Shown: positions 37,731 to 50,995, numbered from the stretch's first letter. The stretch: DNA of 64,000 nt from Octopus sinensis (GCF_006345805.1 NC_043026.1:2418001-2482000); one strand, 5' to 3'. Notes: generated by a model from the letters alone, not told the origin. Translations and numbers: made by a program.

Positions 37731-40700
37731 CAGAAACAGAACCAAAGCATGAGCCCATCAGCGAGCCATCTTATTGCAATAGTCTTACTAGTGAAAAAGC
37801 AAACTTCCTTCATGCAAGCAATTCACAGATGGATTTATTTAACGTCTGCAGTGACCTTTTGCCAGATTATAGCCCCACGAAAAAAGGTGAGGCAAGAAAT
37901 GGTCGATTTTATCCTAATATCCTGGATGTCGGGGAGAACCAAATAAGTGAAACAATAGAAGAGCAAGTAGAAAGCAATAACATTTGTTTAGCAAAACCAA
38001 CACCTATTTGTCAGCCCATTAATATTCTTCCCGAATGCGAAAATACCATCAAACGTAGCTCAGAGACGAATACTCTAAACCGTAGCCAAAAAAATATTGT
38101 CGAAACGTGCTCGAATGATTTTCGCAATTTCTGCAATAATGCGTGTGTTCTCGTCAATGAAGAAGAGGAGGTTAAAATAACAGGTCAATCCTCAAAGAAT
38201 ATGAACTCTGATTATAAAAACTTGGACGTAAGTCGAAATCTGATGGGCGCATGTAACAGTAATTCAGATGTAGGTGAGAATCGGCCAAACACAAATTACG
38301 GAAACTCAGGTAAAAGCGATAACAAACAAGAAGTATCATACAAAAGTAAAAGTAGTTTAACTGAAACAGAACCAACATGCCAACCCATTGAAGTTCTATC
38401 TTATTGCGATGATGCAGCCAACAAGAAGATAAGCCTTCCTTATACAAGTAGTTCACAGACGAGTATCTTCAACGGCTGCAGTGACGTCTCAGACTATAGT
38501 AAAAACAATAAAGATGTAATCAGAACTGATCGATTTTATCCCCAAATCCAGGTTGACGAGGAAAACCGAAAAAGTGAAAACAAAGAGAAGTACGTGGAAA
38601 GCAATAACAATTGTTCAGCAAAACTAGGGTTGAGGTGTCAACCCATTGTTATTCCACCTAATGACAGAGATGCCGTCATATATAATTCACAGGTAAATGT
38701 CCTTAACTACAACAGAAGTGATATTGTTGAAGTGTGTTCGAAAAACGTTCGTAATAATGTTCCTGTTGACGACAATGCAGAAGAAGGGGATAACGAAGCG
38801 AGCCACTCTACAAACATGAACACAAATTATAGGACTTTAAGCGTTAAACGAAATGCAACTGACGAAGATTACAGTAACCCTGATGGAATGCAGACGAATT
38901 CCAGGAGGGGAAATTCAGATGAAAGTGAAGATCCAATGAACGCCAATCGCAGTAAGACAGACGTAAAGGGAAAGTGGACAAACACGAATGTTCGTGGAAA
39001 CTTAATGAATTCGAATTATGTAAATTTGCATATAAGTGATAATTGTTTGAATGAAAATTGCAGGAACTCAGAAGTTTGCGGAAATCAGACGAACACGAAT
39101 CACAAAAAGGAGAAGGCAGAGGAAGAGAGGGAAAAAGAAGAAGATGAATCTATGAAACCCGACAACAGCACGAGTGGTTTAGCTGAAACGGACCCTAGAT
39201 GCCAACCCACTGAAGTTCCATTTCTGTACTATCCTGCAGCCAGCGAGAAAGAAAATGTTTATCACAGAAGCTGTTCCAAGATGAATAATCTTAAGGGTTG
39301 TTGTGAGGCTGAATTAGACGATGAACACACCAATAAAGATGTACTCAGAAATGATGAATTTTATCTTAAAATCCAAGTAGATGAGAAGAGGAGGAATGAA
39401 AAGAAAGCAGGGAGTGTGGAAAGCAATGACTGCTATTTAGCAAAATCACAGTTTATTAGTCAATCCGTTGTTGATTCACTTAAAAGCAGAGATGTCCTGG
39501 AACACAGTAGAAGTGACGCTGGTAAAACATGCTCGAATAACGCTAGCAGTTTTTACAATGATAGAGCTGTCTTCACCAATTCAGATGAGGATTATGAAAG
39601 AGCCGAATCCTTAATGAGCACCAACGTGAATAACAGAAATTCTGACGTAAGTGGAGAACAAACGATGAGAGTCAATCACGGAAATTTGTACGTAAGTGGA
39701 GAACAAACGATGAGAGTCAATCACGGAAATTTGTACGTAAGTGGAGAACAAACGATCCCAAATTACGGAAACTTGGATGTAAGCGGCCAACAACAAAACG
39801 GAGACTCAAACTTGAACGGAACTCGAATGAAAACAAGCTACAATAAACCTGAAGGAAAAGAAGAAGAAGAAGAAGAAGAAGAAGAAGAAGAAGAAGAAGA
39901 AGAAGACGACCAACAAGGACAAGAATGTTTGGAAGTCGACGATAGAAAGAAAAGTTTAGTTGGAATGGAATGTCATCGTGATGTCGTTCTGTTGACGTGT
40001 AGTGATGCAACCATTGAAAGAACAAGCGTTTCTCACACAAGCAGTTCACAGATGGTCGTCTTTAACGACGGCACTAACGCTGTCTCAGATTATGGTCCCA
40101 CCCACGAAGATGTGACAAGAAATGATCGATTTCACCCTACAATCCTGGCTGGCGAAGAGGATCGAAGAAGCAAAACTGAAGGGGAGGAGTGTGTGGAAGT
40201 CGATAACAGCAGCATACGTTTAGAACCAGCAGACTCGTGTAAAGGTGTCACATGTAGATCACAGGCGAATATCCTTAACCAGAACAGAAATGATATTATC
40301 GAAGCGTGTTCAGGTGAGGTTCACAATTTCTGCAATGACGTCCCTATCCTCAAAAATGTAGAAGAGTTCAAAGAAAAAGTCCAATCCTTAAAGCGTACGA
40401 ACTCAGATTATGGAAATCCGCACGCAAGTCAAAATCCGACGAAAGAAAATCCCAACAACCCAAATGTATGTGGAAATCGAATGAATGCTAATTACGGAAC
40501 ATCAGGTGTAAATGGAAATTTGACAAACAAAAACTGTGGAAAGTCAGACATCACTAAAATTCCAACAACAGAAGAAAATTGTGGGAAATCGAAAGAAAGT
40601 GGCAAACTGGTCGACGCAAATTTCAATGAGTTAAACGTAACTACAAATCAGATGAACACAAGTTATAGAATCTCAGAAGTAAGTGGAAAACTAACGAAGG

Positions 40701-43538
40701 AAAAGCTCAGCATCACGGAAGACGGCAACGATGAGGAAAAAGAAAAATCTAATAAAATTCACAAAAGTACGAAAAATTTAGTTGAAACGGAACGGAAGCG
40801 TCATCTGGTTGAAGTTTCGTTAATGTGCAATGAATGCAACGGGAATGCAAACTTTTCTCACACAAGCAGTTCACAGACAAAGATTGTTAATGGCTGTAGT
40901 TGCACCAATAAAAATGTTGTCAGAAACGACGAGGAGAAGCAAAGAAGACAGAAGGTCGAAGAGCACGAGAAAAACAATAAGAGAAGAAAAGCAGAGTGGA
41001 AGTGTCAGTCTGTTGTAAGTCTATCCAGAGACAGAGATGTTAGCATACACGGCTTACAGACGAATATCATGAACTGTGGCAGAAACGGTTTTGTCCAAAC
41101 GTTTGCGAATGATGTCCTTAATTTCTGCAATAATGTCCATGCAGTCGGCAATGTAGAAGAAAAGGAAAACGAATCAGGGCATTGTTCAGCGAGGATAAAC
41201 TCAAAATATGGAGATTCAGGCGTTTGTCGAAACCCGACGAACGCAGACGTATGTGGAAATTGGAATAACACAAATGATGGAAACTCGGTAAATTCAAAAT
41301 GCAAAAAATCAGAAGCGAACGGGAGTCAGACAAAAGCAGACGACAAAACCCCAGAAAAAGGAGATAAGGAAGGAGAAGGGAAACTAGTAAGGAAAATCCT
41401 CAAAGGCAACGGTGAAATAGAAACAGACCGTCACACCATTGAAGGTCATTACGGAAATAATGCAGCCAGCGACAGAGCCAACATCTCTTACAGAAGCAAT
41501 TCACAGATGGATAGATTTAATGGTGACACCAATAGTGACGTCACCAATGATCGATTTTATCCCCAAACCCAGGAAGACAAGGAAGCCCGAATAAGCCGAA
41601 AAGAAGGAGGGCATACGGAAACTGATAACTGCCGCAGCTCTTTAGCAAATCTTGGTTCCCTATGTCAACCAGTTGGTATTCCACTTATTTGCAGTGATGC
41701 CATAAGCAGCTTGCAGACGAATGTCTTAAATCAGATCAGTAATGACCGTGTCGAAGGGGGTTCAAATAACGTTTACTCTTTTTGCAATAATGTCCCTGCT
41801 CTCATCAGGGCACAAGATGACGAAACAAATCAAAGCTCAAACAGGATGAATGCAACTAACGGAAACTTGGATGTAAATCGAATTACATCCAATTGCGGTA
41901 AGTCAAACGACATTGGGAAGCGGACGAATTCCATCTGCGGGAAATTAGAGGCAGAAGAAAATCGGGTGGACGCCAGTTGTGGAAACTGGAATGTAAATGG
42001 AAAAAGAACGAGTGAATATTGTGAAAATATGCACGTAAGTGGAGATCAACCGGGAAACGCAGACGTAAGGGAACATTCTAGAAATTCGAATTACGTTTAC
42101 TCAGATATAAGCGGGGATAGAGTGAATTTATATCACGGAAAATTAGAAAACGGAGATAAGGAAGGAGAAGAAATGTCAATGAAAATCCACAAAAGCAACA
42201 ATGATTTAGTTGAAACGGAACCGGAGCGCCATCCAAGAGAGGTTCCATTTCCATGCAATATTACAGGAAACGCGAAAGCAAACTTGTCTGAGGTAAACAG
42301 CTCAAAGGTGAATAGCTTCAACGGTTGCAGAGACGTTGTCTCAGATACTGGCCTCGTCATTAAAAATGCAACTAGAGATGATCGATTTTATCTGAAAACC
42401 ATGCCTGGCGATGAAGATGAAAGGGAAAAGGAAGTGGAAGTAGAATACGTGAAAACGTTCAATAGCAACAGTTCTTTAGCAAAACTAGAGTTAAGATGTC
42501 AGCCCGTTGATAATTCAACTCTGGATTCGCATACCACAGTACATAAGTCACAGGAGGCTAGCTTAAGCAACAACAGCAGCAGTGATATCGTCGTTGGACG
42601 TTCGAATGTCAGTCGAAATTCTGGCAGGGCTATCCCTTTTCTTAACAATGCGGAAGATAATTCACCAAGAAAGTTCTCAAACGGAACTAACCCAAATTAC
42701 GGAAACTCAGACGTAAATGGAAATTTAACGAATAGAAATTACGGAAATTCGGAATATGAAGATAAGGATCAAGAAATATCTAAGAAAATCGACAACAGCA
42801 ACAATTATTTAGGTGAAGCGCAACCTAAGCATAATCCCACGAAGGTCCCATTTCTGTGCAATGCTGCAACAAGCAAGAGGACAGACTTTCCTTACACAAG
42901 CAATTCACTGATTCACAACTCTCATGGCTGCACTGATGTTGTCTCAGATTATAACCTCATTGAGGAAGATGTGGCCAGAGATGATCGATTTTCTCCTAAA
43001 ACCCAGGCAAACAAGGAGGCCCGAGGAGGTCAAAAGGAAGGAGAGTATGTGAAATCCGACAAGAGCAGAAACAGCTCTTTACCTACAATAAGTCCTGTTT
43101 GCCAGCCCGTGGCTAATCCACCTGGATGCAGTGATGCCATAAATTGCTCACAGAGCAGTAATGATGCTGTGAAAAAGAGTTCGAATGACGTTCGTAGTTG
43201 CCGCAGTAATACTCTCTCTGTTCTCGACGATGCTAACGACGGTGGCTTAATAGGAGAGATATCGAACAGAACGAATAGAAATTGCAAAACCATGGATGCG
43301 GATGGAAATCGGACGAATGTAAAGAACCTCGCTCAAGATTCAAGTGGAAAGTCGACAAATGCAAGTTACGGAATCTCAGACTTAAATAGGAATCACGCGA
43401 ATACACCGCTATTCCGGATTGAAAATCCCAATTGCTCCGATGATCAGCGTGTACCTGCGGCCAATGACAAGACAGCCTCCTTCCCGATCATCCTCTCAAT
43501 CGATCAGCAAGAATCTTTCTATTCTGATCTCCCACCAA
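37607..43538 (+). CDS. Repeat-rich C-terminal part of the same protein (about 8 diverged 200-280-aa units)
   Basis: Frame open from 37607 (upstream of the listed Met 37829) to 43627; recurring ETExxCQP, SSSQ..FNGC, RxDRFYP, CSNxxxxFCNN and NYGN motifs; GTAAGT donor at 43539. Confidence 0.9.
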
Positions 43539-43544
43539 GTAAGT
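43539..43544 (+). other. Splice donor (phase 1)
   Basis: CCA CCA A|GTAAGT consensus donor; the remaining ORF codons run into a SINE-E remnant. Confidence 0.7.
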
Positions 43545-43554
43545 ATTATTATTT

Positions 43555-43690
43555 TGGCTGTCTTTACGTTCTGAGTTCAAATTCCGCCTTTCACCCTTTC
43601 GGGGTCGATAATGTAAGTACCATTTGAGCACTGGAGTCGATATAATCGATTTACTCCCCTCTCCTCTAATGCTGGCCTGACACCAAAATT
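43555..43690 (+). mobile_element. SINE family E remnant in the intron
   Basis: ctttacgttctgagttcaaattccgcc...cctttcggggtcgataatgtaagtacc. Confidence 0.8.
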
Positions 43691-43811
43691 TGAAAAGCAA
43701 AATATTGTTGTTGTTGTTCTTGTCATGTCAAGCGCATTTGAATCCCTCCACGTTTCCCTGCGATCCATTATATCTGGAACTCATTTTTAAAAGCTTTGTA
43801 TCCTACAACAG

Positions 43812-43867
43812 ATGCTGCACATACGCTAGACAATGTTTCTTTTTCTGTCACATACTCGTCCCTATAG
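43812..43867 (+). CDS. Candidate short terminal coding exon (…N-AAHTLDNVSFSVTYSSL*)
   Basis: tttgtatcctacaacAG acceptor at 43811 is phase-compatible with the donor at 43539; weak pyrimidine tract, so speculative. Confidence 0.25.
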
Positions 43868-44134
43868 TCATAATTAACGTCCAATTTTATCTTTTCTTCG
43901 CCAACACTGCCCGACAGACGACGGGCTTCTTTCAGTTTCCGCTTAGCACATCTTCTCACAAAGCTTCAGTCGGCCCTGAGCTATACTAGAACACACTCGC
44001 CGAAGGCGCTGCGCAGTAGCACTGAACCCAATGACCACAAGATTGAAAAGCAAACTTCTAACCACACAGCCACGTCTGTAAATAGTTTCTTCTTCATTGA
44101 TTTTAGAAGAGAAATTCGTGTGTGTGTGTGTGTG

Positions 44135-44690
44135 TGTGTGTGTGGTCAACGATGACGCTTATAGCAGCGACGACGGGAGTATTAACTCGTGTCCGAGTAA
44201 CTAATCTGTAGCGAGTGATTAAACCTCTTCATCCTGAAGGGTGCGAAGAGTGCCGGTGCCTGAGGAGGCTGTTAAGGCCAAGTGTTGTATAGAAGAGCCG
44301 GGGGGCGGCATATATTGCAGGGGAGGGTTGGTTGGGAGAGGAAGTGCGAATCGCTCTTTGCGCCTTCGACATCCTATTTCTTCCTCTCGTCTGTTATATT
44401 CCATCTTGTCCGTTCCCTTCACGATGTCATGCCGCTGTTTTGGCGGTCACTTGGCGAGTGTCTCCCAGGTATTTGGACTAATGGAGCAACGGAAGAGAGT
44501 GGCCTTGAGCTCGTCTCGAAAACGGAATTCACAAATGGCCTTCAGGTGATATTGTTTAGGGTGGATCATGTATTGCGATCATCAGAACCAAGCACTCGGT
44601 CATCCGCCTTCATCAGCGGCACCCTTGGCATTGGTGACATGCTGGACCTGGTTACAGGTGTTGCAGTGGATTGCCGGATGCTTCAGGTAT
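44135..44690 (-). mobile_element. RTE (BovB-like) LINE 3' end
   Basis: Across frameshifts: RFRDELKATLFRCSISPNTWETLA-SDRQ..RHDIVKG..MEYNRR...RRKER...CNICR..LFYTTLGLNSLLRHRH; ends in (CA)n. Confidence 0.75.
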
Positions 44691-44699
44691 AATCGAGAT

Positions 44700-44706
44700 C
44701 TATCTT

Positions 44707-44788
<82 letters not shown>

Positions 44789-44822
44789 GATCTATCTATC
44801 TATCTATCTATCTATATATCTA

Positions 44823-44872
<50 letters not shown>

Positions 44873-44877
44873 AGTCA

Positions 44878-44912
<35 letters not shown>

Positions 44913-45906
44913 AGTCTGTCTGTCTGTCTGTCTGTCTGTCAGTCAGTCTGTCTGTCTTTCTGTCTGTCAGTCAGTCTATCTGTCTGTCTGTCTGTCTGTC
45001 TAGCTAGCTAGATGCCTAGCTAGCTAGATGCCTAGCTAACTTTTATACACCCCCCCCCACACACACACTACATATGTGGGAAATTTTGATGAAACTTGAC
45101 ACGGGAATAGAACTCATGCCTGGAAACCTCATGGCATACTCAGATTGTTGAAAAAAAATCGTTGCTAAGGCCCCTGGAAGGTATCCTTATATATATCGAA
45201 TGTATTTCATTTTAACAGCCAAGGGAAATAACCCATTCATTTTTCCGAAATCATTTGATATAAATCAAATTGTGTATACTTTATTTCTTAGTATTTGAAA
45301 TGTGAGAGTTATTTTCACAATTTCTCCAGTACAACCCTTAAACAAGTAAATAGTAGTTTTCTTAACAATAGATCCACTCATTTCAGTTAGTGACTTATTC
45401 ACGAATATACCAACACTAGCGCTGCTGAGGGTAATATTATCTGCGAATGCACAAAAGCTCTTTTCAGAGTTATTTACTATGAATTGTTATTATCTCATAT
45501 CTGATTAGCCTGTTATTACATAACATGCCTCAAGATTTTAGTATACATACCTTATTGGTATTTCCCCCTAAGTTAAAGTCCTTTCTTGTATATAGCCCTT
45601 TCTGGGTCAACAATACTTGAATTCTTACTATAAGGTAACTAATTTCATGTTATAATTCTTATTATAAGGTAACTAATTTCATGTTATTATATAACTGACT
45701 TCACAATTTGCATATTCATAACTTATTAGGAATTCCTAAAAGCAAGGTCCTGTGTAAGACAGTTCGGTATTCTCTGTAAATGCACAAAAGCCATTTTAAG
45801 GGCTACATACTTTGTATTGTTGTTATTGGATTAGCGAAACAGTTATGAGAACGGAACTAAGAGATAAGCCCTGCTTTCCCGAGAATTCCCGGGTACGTTA
45901 GCTAGT
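44700..45906 (-). mobile_element. Non-autonomous Helitron-like element, opposite orientation
   Basis: Minus-strand 5' ACTAGctaacgtacccgggaattctcggg; 3' side gtgtcaagtttcatcaaaatttccc followed by expanded (AGAC)/(AGAT)n. The 3' boundary is uncertain. Confidence 0.55.
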
Positions 45907-45918
45907 ATGTATATGTAT

Positions 45919-46479
45919 ATTGCACCTCCCCACACACACGCACTGACAGGGAAGCTATCCGCCCCATGACCGTCTTTGGAATGTACATATATATATATAT
46001 ATATAAAAAGGAAATGAAGAAAATGCTGACAAAATAATTTAAGTAAGGGAGAGTGTATTTAATTAGGTGAAAGTTCTTTTCTTTAAACAAAAAAAAGAGA
46101 AAAATTGGGTTAGAATACAATGTACATTTTTACCGGTTGCGCATTTGTTATGCTTATCAAAAGATATTTTGAGTGAGATAGAGTTCCTTTCTGATTGATT
46201 TTTTTCTCTTATCTGACTTTTGATAAGATAAGTCAGATAAGAGAAAAAAATCAATCAGAAAGGAACTCTATCTCACTCAAAATATCTTTTGATAAGCATA
46301 ACAAATGCGCAACCGGTAAAAATGTACATTGTATTCTAACCCAATTTTTCTCTTTTTTTGTTTAAAAAAAGAACTTTCACCTAATTAAATACACTCTCCC
46401 TTACTTAAATTATTTTGTCAGCATTTTCTTCATTTCCTTTTTTTATATATCACAACTCGTGTTCCACATCTCCTTTTTT

Positions 46480-46543
<64 letters not shown>

Positions 46544-46609
46544 ATTTTCCAAAGACGGTCATGGGGCGGTTAACTTCCCTGTCAGTGCGTGTGTGTGGGG
46601 GAGGTGCAA
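45919..46609. repeat. About 690-bp palindrome with near-perfect 220-bp inner arms
   Basis: 46001-46219 mirrors 46230-46450 across a 10-nt spacer; outer arms 45919-45985 / 46540-46609. Confidence 0.92.
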
Positions 46610-46927
46610 TGGTGCAGTGGTTAGGGCAGCGGACTCGCAGTCGTAGGATCGCGGTATCGATTCCCAGACCGGGCAAGTGTTTATAGAGCAAAAAATCTAA
46701 AGTTCCACGTGGCTTCAGCAGGGGGTGGTGGCGAATCCTGCTGTACTCTTTCGCGTATGTATGTATGTATGTATGTATGTATGTATGTATGTATGTATGT
46801 ATGTATGTGTGCGTGTGTGTGTATGTATGTATGTATGCATGCATGCATGTATGTATGTATGTATGTATGTGTGTATGTATGAATGTATGTATGTATGTAT
46901 GTATGTATGTATGTATGTGTGTATGTA

Positions 46928-46958
<31 letters not shown>

Positions 46959-47275
46959 ATGTATGTATGTATGTATGTGTGTATGTATGTATGTATGTAT
47001 GTATGTATGTATGTATGTGTGTGTGTGTATGTATGCATGTATGTATGTATGTATGTATGTGTGTGTATGTGTGTGTATGTATGTATGTATGTATGTATGT
47101 GTGTGTGTATGTATGTATGTATGTATGTATGTATGTGTGTGTGTATGTATGTATGTATGTATGTATGTATGTATGTATGTATGTATGTCTATATGTATGT
47201 ATGTGTGTATGTATGTGTGTATGTATGTATGTATGTAGGTAGGTATGTATGTATGTATATATGTATGTATGTATG

Positions 47276-47309
<34 letters not shown>

Positions 47310-48374
47310 TGTATGTATGTGTGTGTGTATGTATGTATGTTTGTATATATGTATGTATGTATGTATGTATGTGTGTATGTATGTGTGTGTGTATGTATGT
47401 ATGTATGTATGTATGTATGTATGTATGTATGTGTGTGTATGTGTGTGTGTATGTATGTATGTATATGTATGTATGTATGTATATGTATGTATGTATTCAT
47501 GCATGTATGCATGCATGTATGTGTGTATGTATGTATGTATGTATGTGTGTTTGTGTATGTGTATGTATGTGCACGCGCGTGTGTGTGTGTGTGTGTTTTA
47601 ATAGCTATGACGACTTTTCCACGTGAAAACTGTTTCGTTTTTATCAACAATCTTAAATTAATTCTGTTGCTAAGCAACTAACGAATTAGCGGAGTCATTA
47701 GGACAAATCGCCTGGATCTCTGTGCACTGAGTTCAAATCTCGCTAAAGTCAACTTTATCTTTCAGAACAGATGAGAAACCACCAGTCCCGGAAGGTGGAC
47801 TCAATACGTGGGGCCACATATTAAACTCGGTACTTTGTGGTTTCTGAGTTTTTCAAATTCCTTACCTGGTTTAACAAATACTATTTTACTCTTGGCTGAC
47901 TTTAGTGGAAATCGTTTTGTGCCACCATTCTTTTCGCCACTCTCTCAGACTCAAAAAAAATTTTAATTAGTAAAAAAAGAGGCGGTGTTATCCTCCTATC
48001 GCTAATTAAACGAGTAAAACAAAAAAATATACATATTTACATAAAATATTTTACTGAAGCTAACAAGGGAGGCAACCCTTCAATAACCAGTCATACTCGA
48101 CATTATTATTATTGGGCTTATGTTGTTACCTCCCTTGTACATATCTTACTTGTTTCGGTCTTTAGACTGCGGGTCATGCTGGCCACTGTCTTGATGGTTC
48201 GAGTCCAACAAATCGACCGCAAGGCTTACTTTTTCTAAGCCTGGTACTCATTCTGTTAGTTTTTTAAAAAAAATTTTTTGTCGAACCATTGAGTTACGAG
48301 TATGTAAACCAACCAAACTGGTTGTCAAGTAATAAGGCTGGGAGGACAACCACAAAAACACACACACACACACA

Positions 48375-48444
<70 letters not shown>

Positions 48445-48815
48445 ATTTTCCAAAGACGGTCATGGGGCGGTTAACTTCCCTGTCAGTGCGTGTGTGTGGG
48501 GGAGGTGCAATGGTGCAGTGGTTAGGGCAGCGGACTCGCAGTCGTAGGATCGCGGTATCGATTCCCAGACCAGGCAAGTGTTTATAGAGCAAAAAATCTA
48601 AAGTTCCACGTGGCTTCAGCAGGGGGTGGTGGCGAATCCTGCTGTACTCTTTCGCGTATGTATGTATGTATGTATGTATGTATGTATTATGTATGTATGT
48701 GTGTGTGTGTATGTATGTTGTATGTATGTATGCATGTATGTATGTATGTATGTATGTGTGTATGTATGAATGTATGTATGTATGTATGTATGTATGTATG
48801 TATGTGGTGTATGTA

Positions 48816-48846
<31 letters not shown>

Positions 48847-49164
48847 AGGTATGTATGTATGTATTATGTATGTATGTATGTATGTATGTATTATGTATGT
48901 ATGTATGTGTGTGGTGTGTGTATGTATGCATGTATGTATGTATGTTGTATGTGTGTGTATGTGTGTGTATGTATGTATGTATGGATGTATGTATGTATGT
49001 ATGTATGTATGTATGTATGTATGTATGTGTTGTGTATGTATGTTGTATGTATGTATGTATGTATGTATGTATGTATGTCTATATGTATGTATGTGTATGT
49101 ATGTGTGTGTATGTATGTATGTATGTAGTATGTATGTATGTATGTATATATGTATGTATGTATG

Positions 49165-49198
<34 letters not shown>

Positions 49199-50270
49199 TG
49201 TATGTATGTGTTGTGTATGTATGTTGTATGTATGTATGTGTATGTATGTATGTATGTAATGTATGTATGTATGTTGTGTGTATGTATGTATGTATGTATG
49301 TATGTTGTATGTATGTATGTGTGTGTATGTGTGTGTGTATGTATGTATGTATATGTATGTATGTATTGTATGTATGTATGTATGTATTCATGCATGTATG
49401 CATGCATGTATGTGTATGTATGTATGTATGTATGTGTGTTTGTGTATGTGTATGTATGTGCACGCGCGTGTGTGTGTGTGTGTGTGTTTTAATAGCTATG
49501 ACGACTTTTCACGTGAAAACTGTTTCGTTTTTATCAACAATCTTAAATTAATTCTGTTGCTAAGCAACTAACGAATTAGCGGAGTCATTAGGACAAATCG
49601 CCTGGATCTCTGTGCACTGAGTTCAAATCTCGCTAAAGTCAACTTTATCTTTCAGAACTGATGAGAAACCACCAGTCCCGGAAGGTGGACTCAATACGTG
49701 GGGCCACATATTAAACTCGGTACTTTGTGGTTTCTGAGTTTTTCAAATTCCTTACCTGGTTTAACAAATACTATTTTACTCTTGGCTGCCTTTAGTGGAA
49801 ATCGTTTTGTGCCACCATTCTTTTCGCCACTCCCTCAGACTCAAAAAAATTTTTAATTAGTAAAAAAAGAGGCGGTGTTATCCTCCTATCGCTAATTAAA
49901 CGAGTAAAACAAAAAAATATACATATTTACATCAAATATTTTACTGAAGCTAACAAGGGAGGCAACCCTTCAATAACCAGGTCATACTCGACATTATTAT
50001 TATTGGGCTTATGTTGTTACCTCCCTTGTACATATCTTACTTGTTTCGGTCTTTAGACTGCGGGTCATGCTGGCCACTGTCTTGATGGGTTCCAGTCCAA
50101 CAAATCGACCGCAATGCTTACTTTTTCTAAGCCTGGTACTCATTCTGTTAGTTTTTTAAAAAAAATTTTTTGTCGAACCATTGAGTTACGAGTATGTAAA
50201 CCAACCAAACTGGTTGTCAAGTAATAAGGCTGGGAGGACAACCACAAAAACACACACACACAGTTTTATA
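46541..50270 (+). repeat. About 1.9-kb direct tandem duplication
   Basis: Unit starts gtaattttccaaagacggtc at 46541 and 48442; each holds a V-type SINE head, about 850 bp of (TATG)n and about 700 bp of near-identical unique sequence. Confidence 0.95.
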
Positions 50271-50326
50271 TATATATATATGTATATATATATACATATG
50301 TATATATATATTATATATATATATGT

Positions 50327-50369
<43 letters not shown>

Positions 50370-50370
50370 T

Positions 50371-50402
<32 letters not shown>

Positions 50403-50423
50403 CATATACATTTATATATATAC

Positions 50424-50480
<57 letters not shown>

Positions 50481-50484
50481 AATG

Positions 50485-50539
<55 letters not shown>

Positions 50540-50995
50540 TATATATTATATATATATATAAATGTATATATATAATATATATATATATATTATATATATA
50601 TATATATATATTATATATAGATAGATAGATAAGAAAGTTTGTTTGAGAAAGCACGTGGGTGAATATATAAGAAAATAGTAAAGAGTGAAAAAACGACAGA
50701 AGGCTTAAATGTTAAAGAATATATATATTTGTGTCAAAATGTCTGGAGAATATTGGAAAAATTTTTTTCCCTCCTTATAATGACATAATTTTATAATTTT
50801 TAAAGAAATACCGGTTTCGCAGTTAGCACTTCAAATTTCTTGTGACTTAATGTTTATTTTTAATAGCGTAATCCTTGTATTTTTGCTACGAAGAGTTCTA
50901 AATAAGGGAAGGTAGTGAGTGATTTCTTCCGGTGTAAGGGAGATAATCGCTTAAAAAAATTTATGCATATATATATACATATATATATACATATA

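Noticed and set aside
44276-44692. 136-aa + strand ORF as a downstream exon of the giant gene
   Set aside because: It is the antisense of a recognisable RTE LINE C-terminus.
46597-46670. tRNA gene (also 5750-5820, 54205-54265, 55872-55940)
   Set aside because: A/B boxes are present, but there is no closed acceptor stem or clean anticodon arm and each continues into a SINE body.
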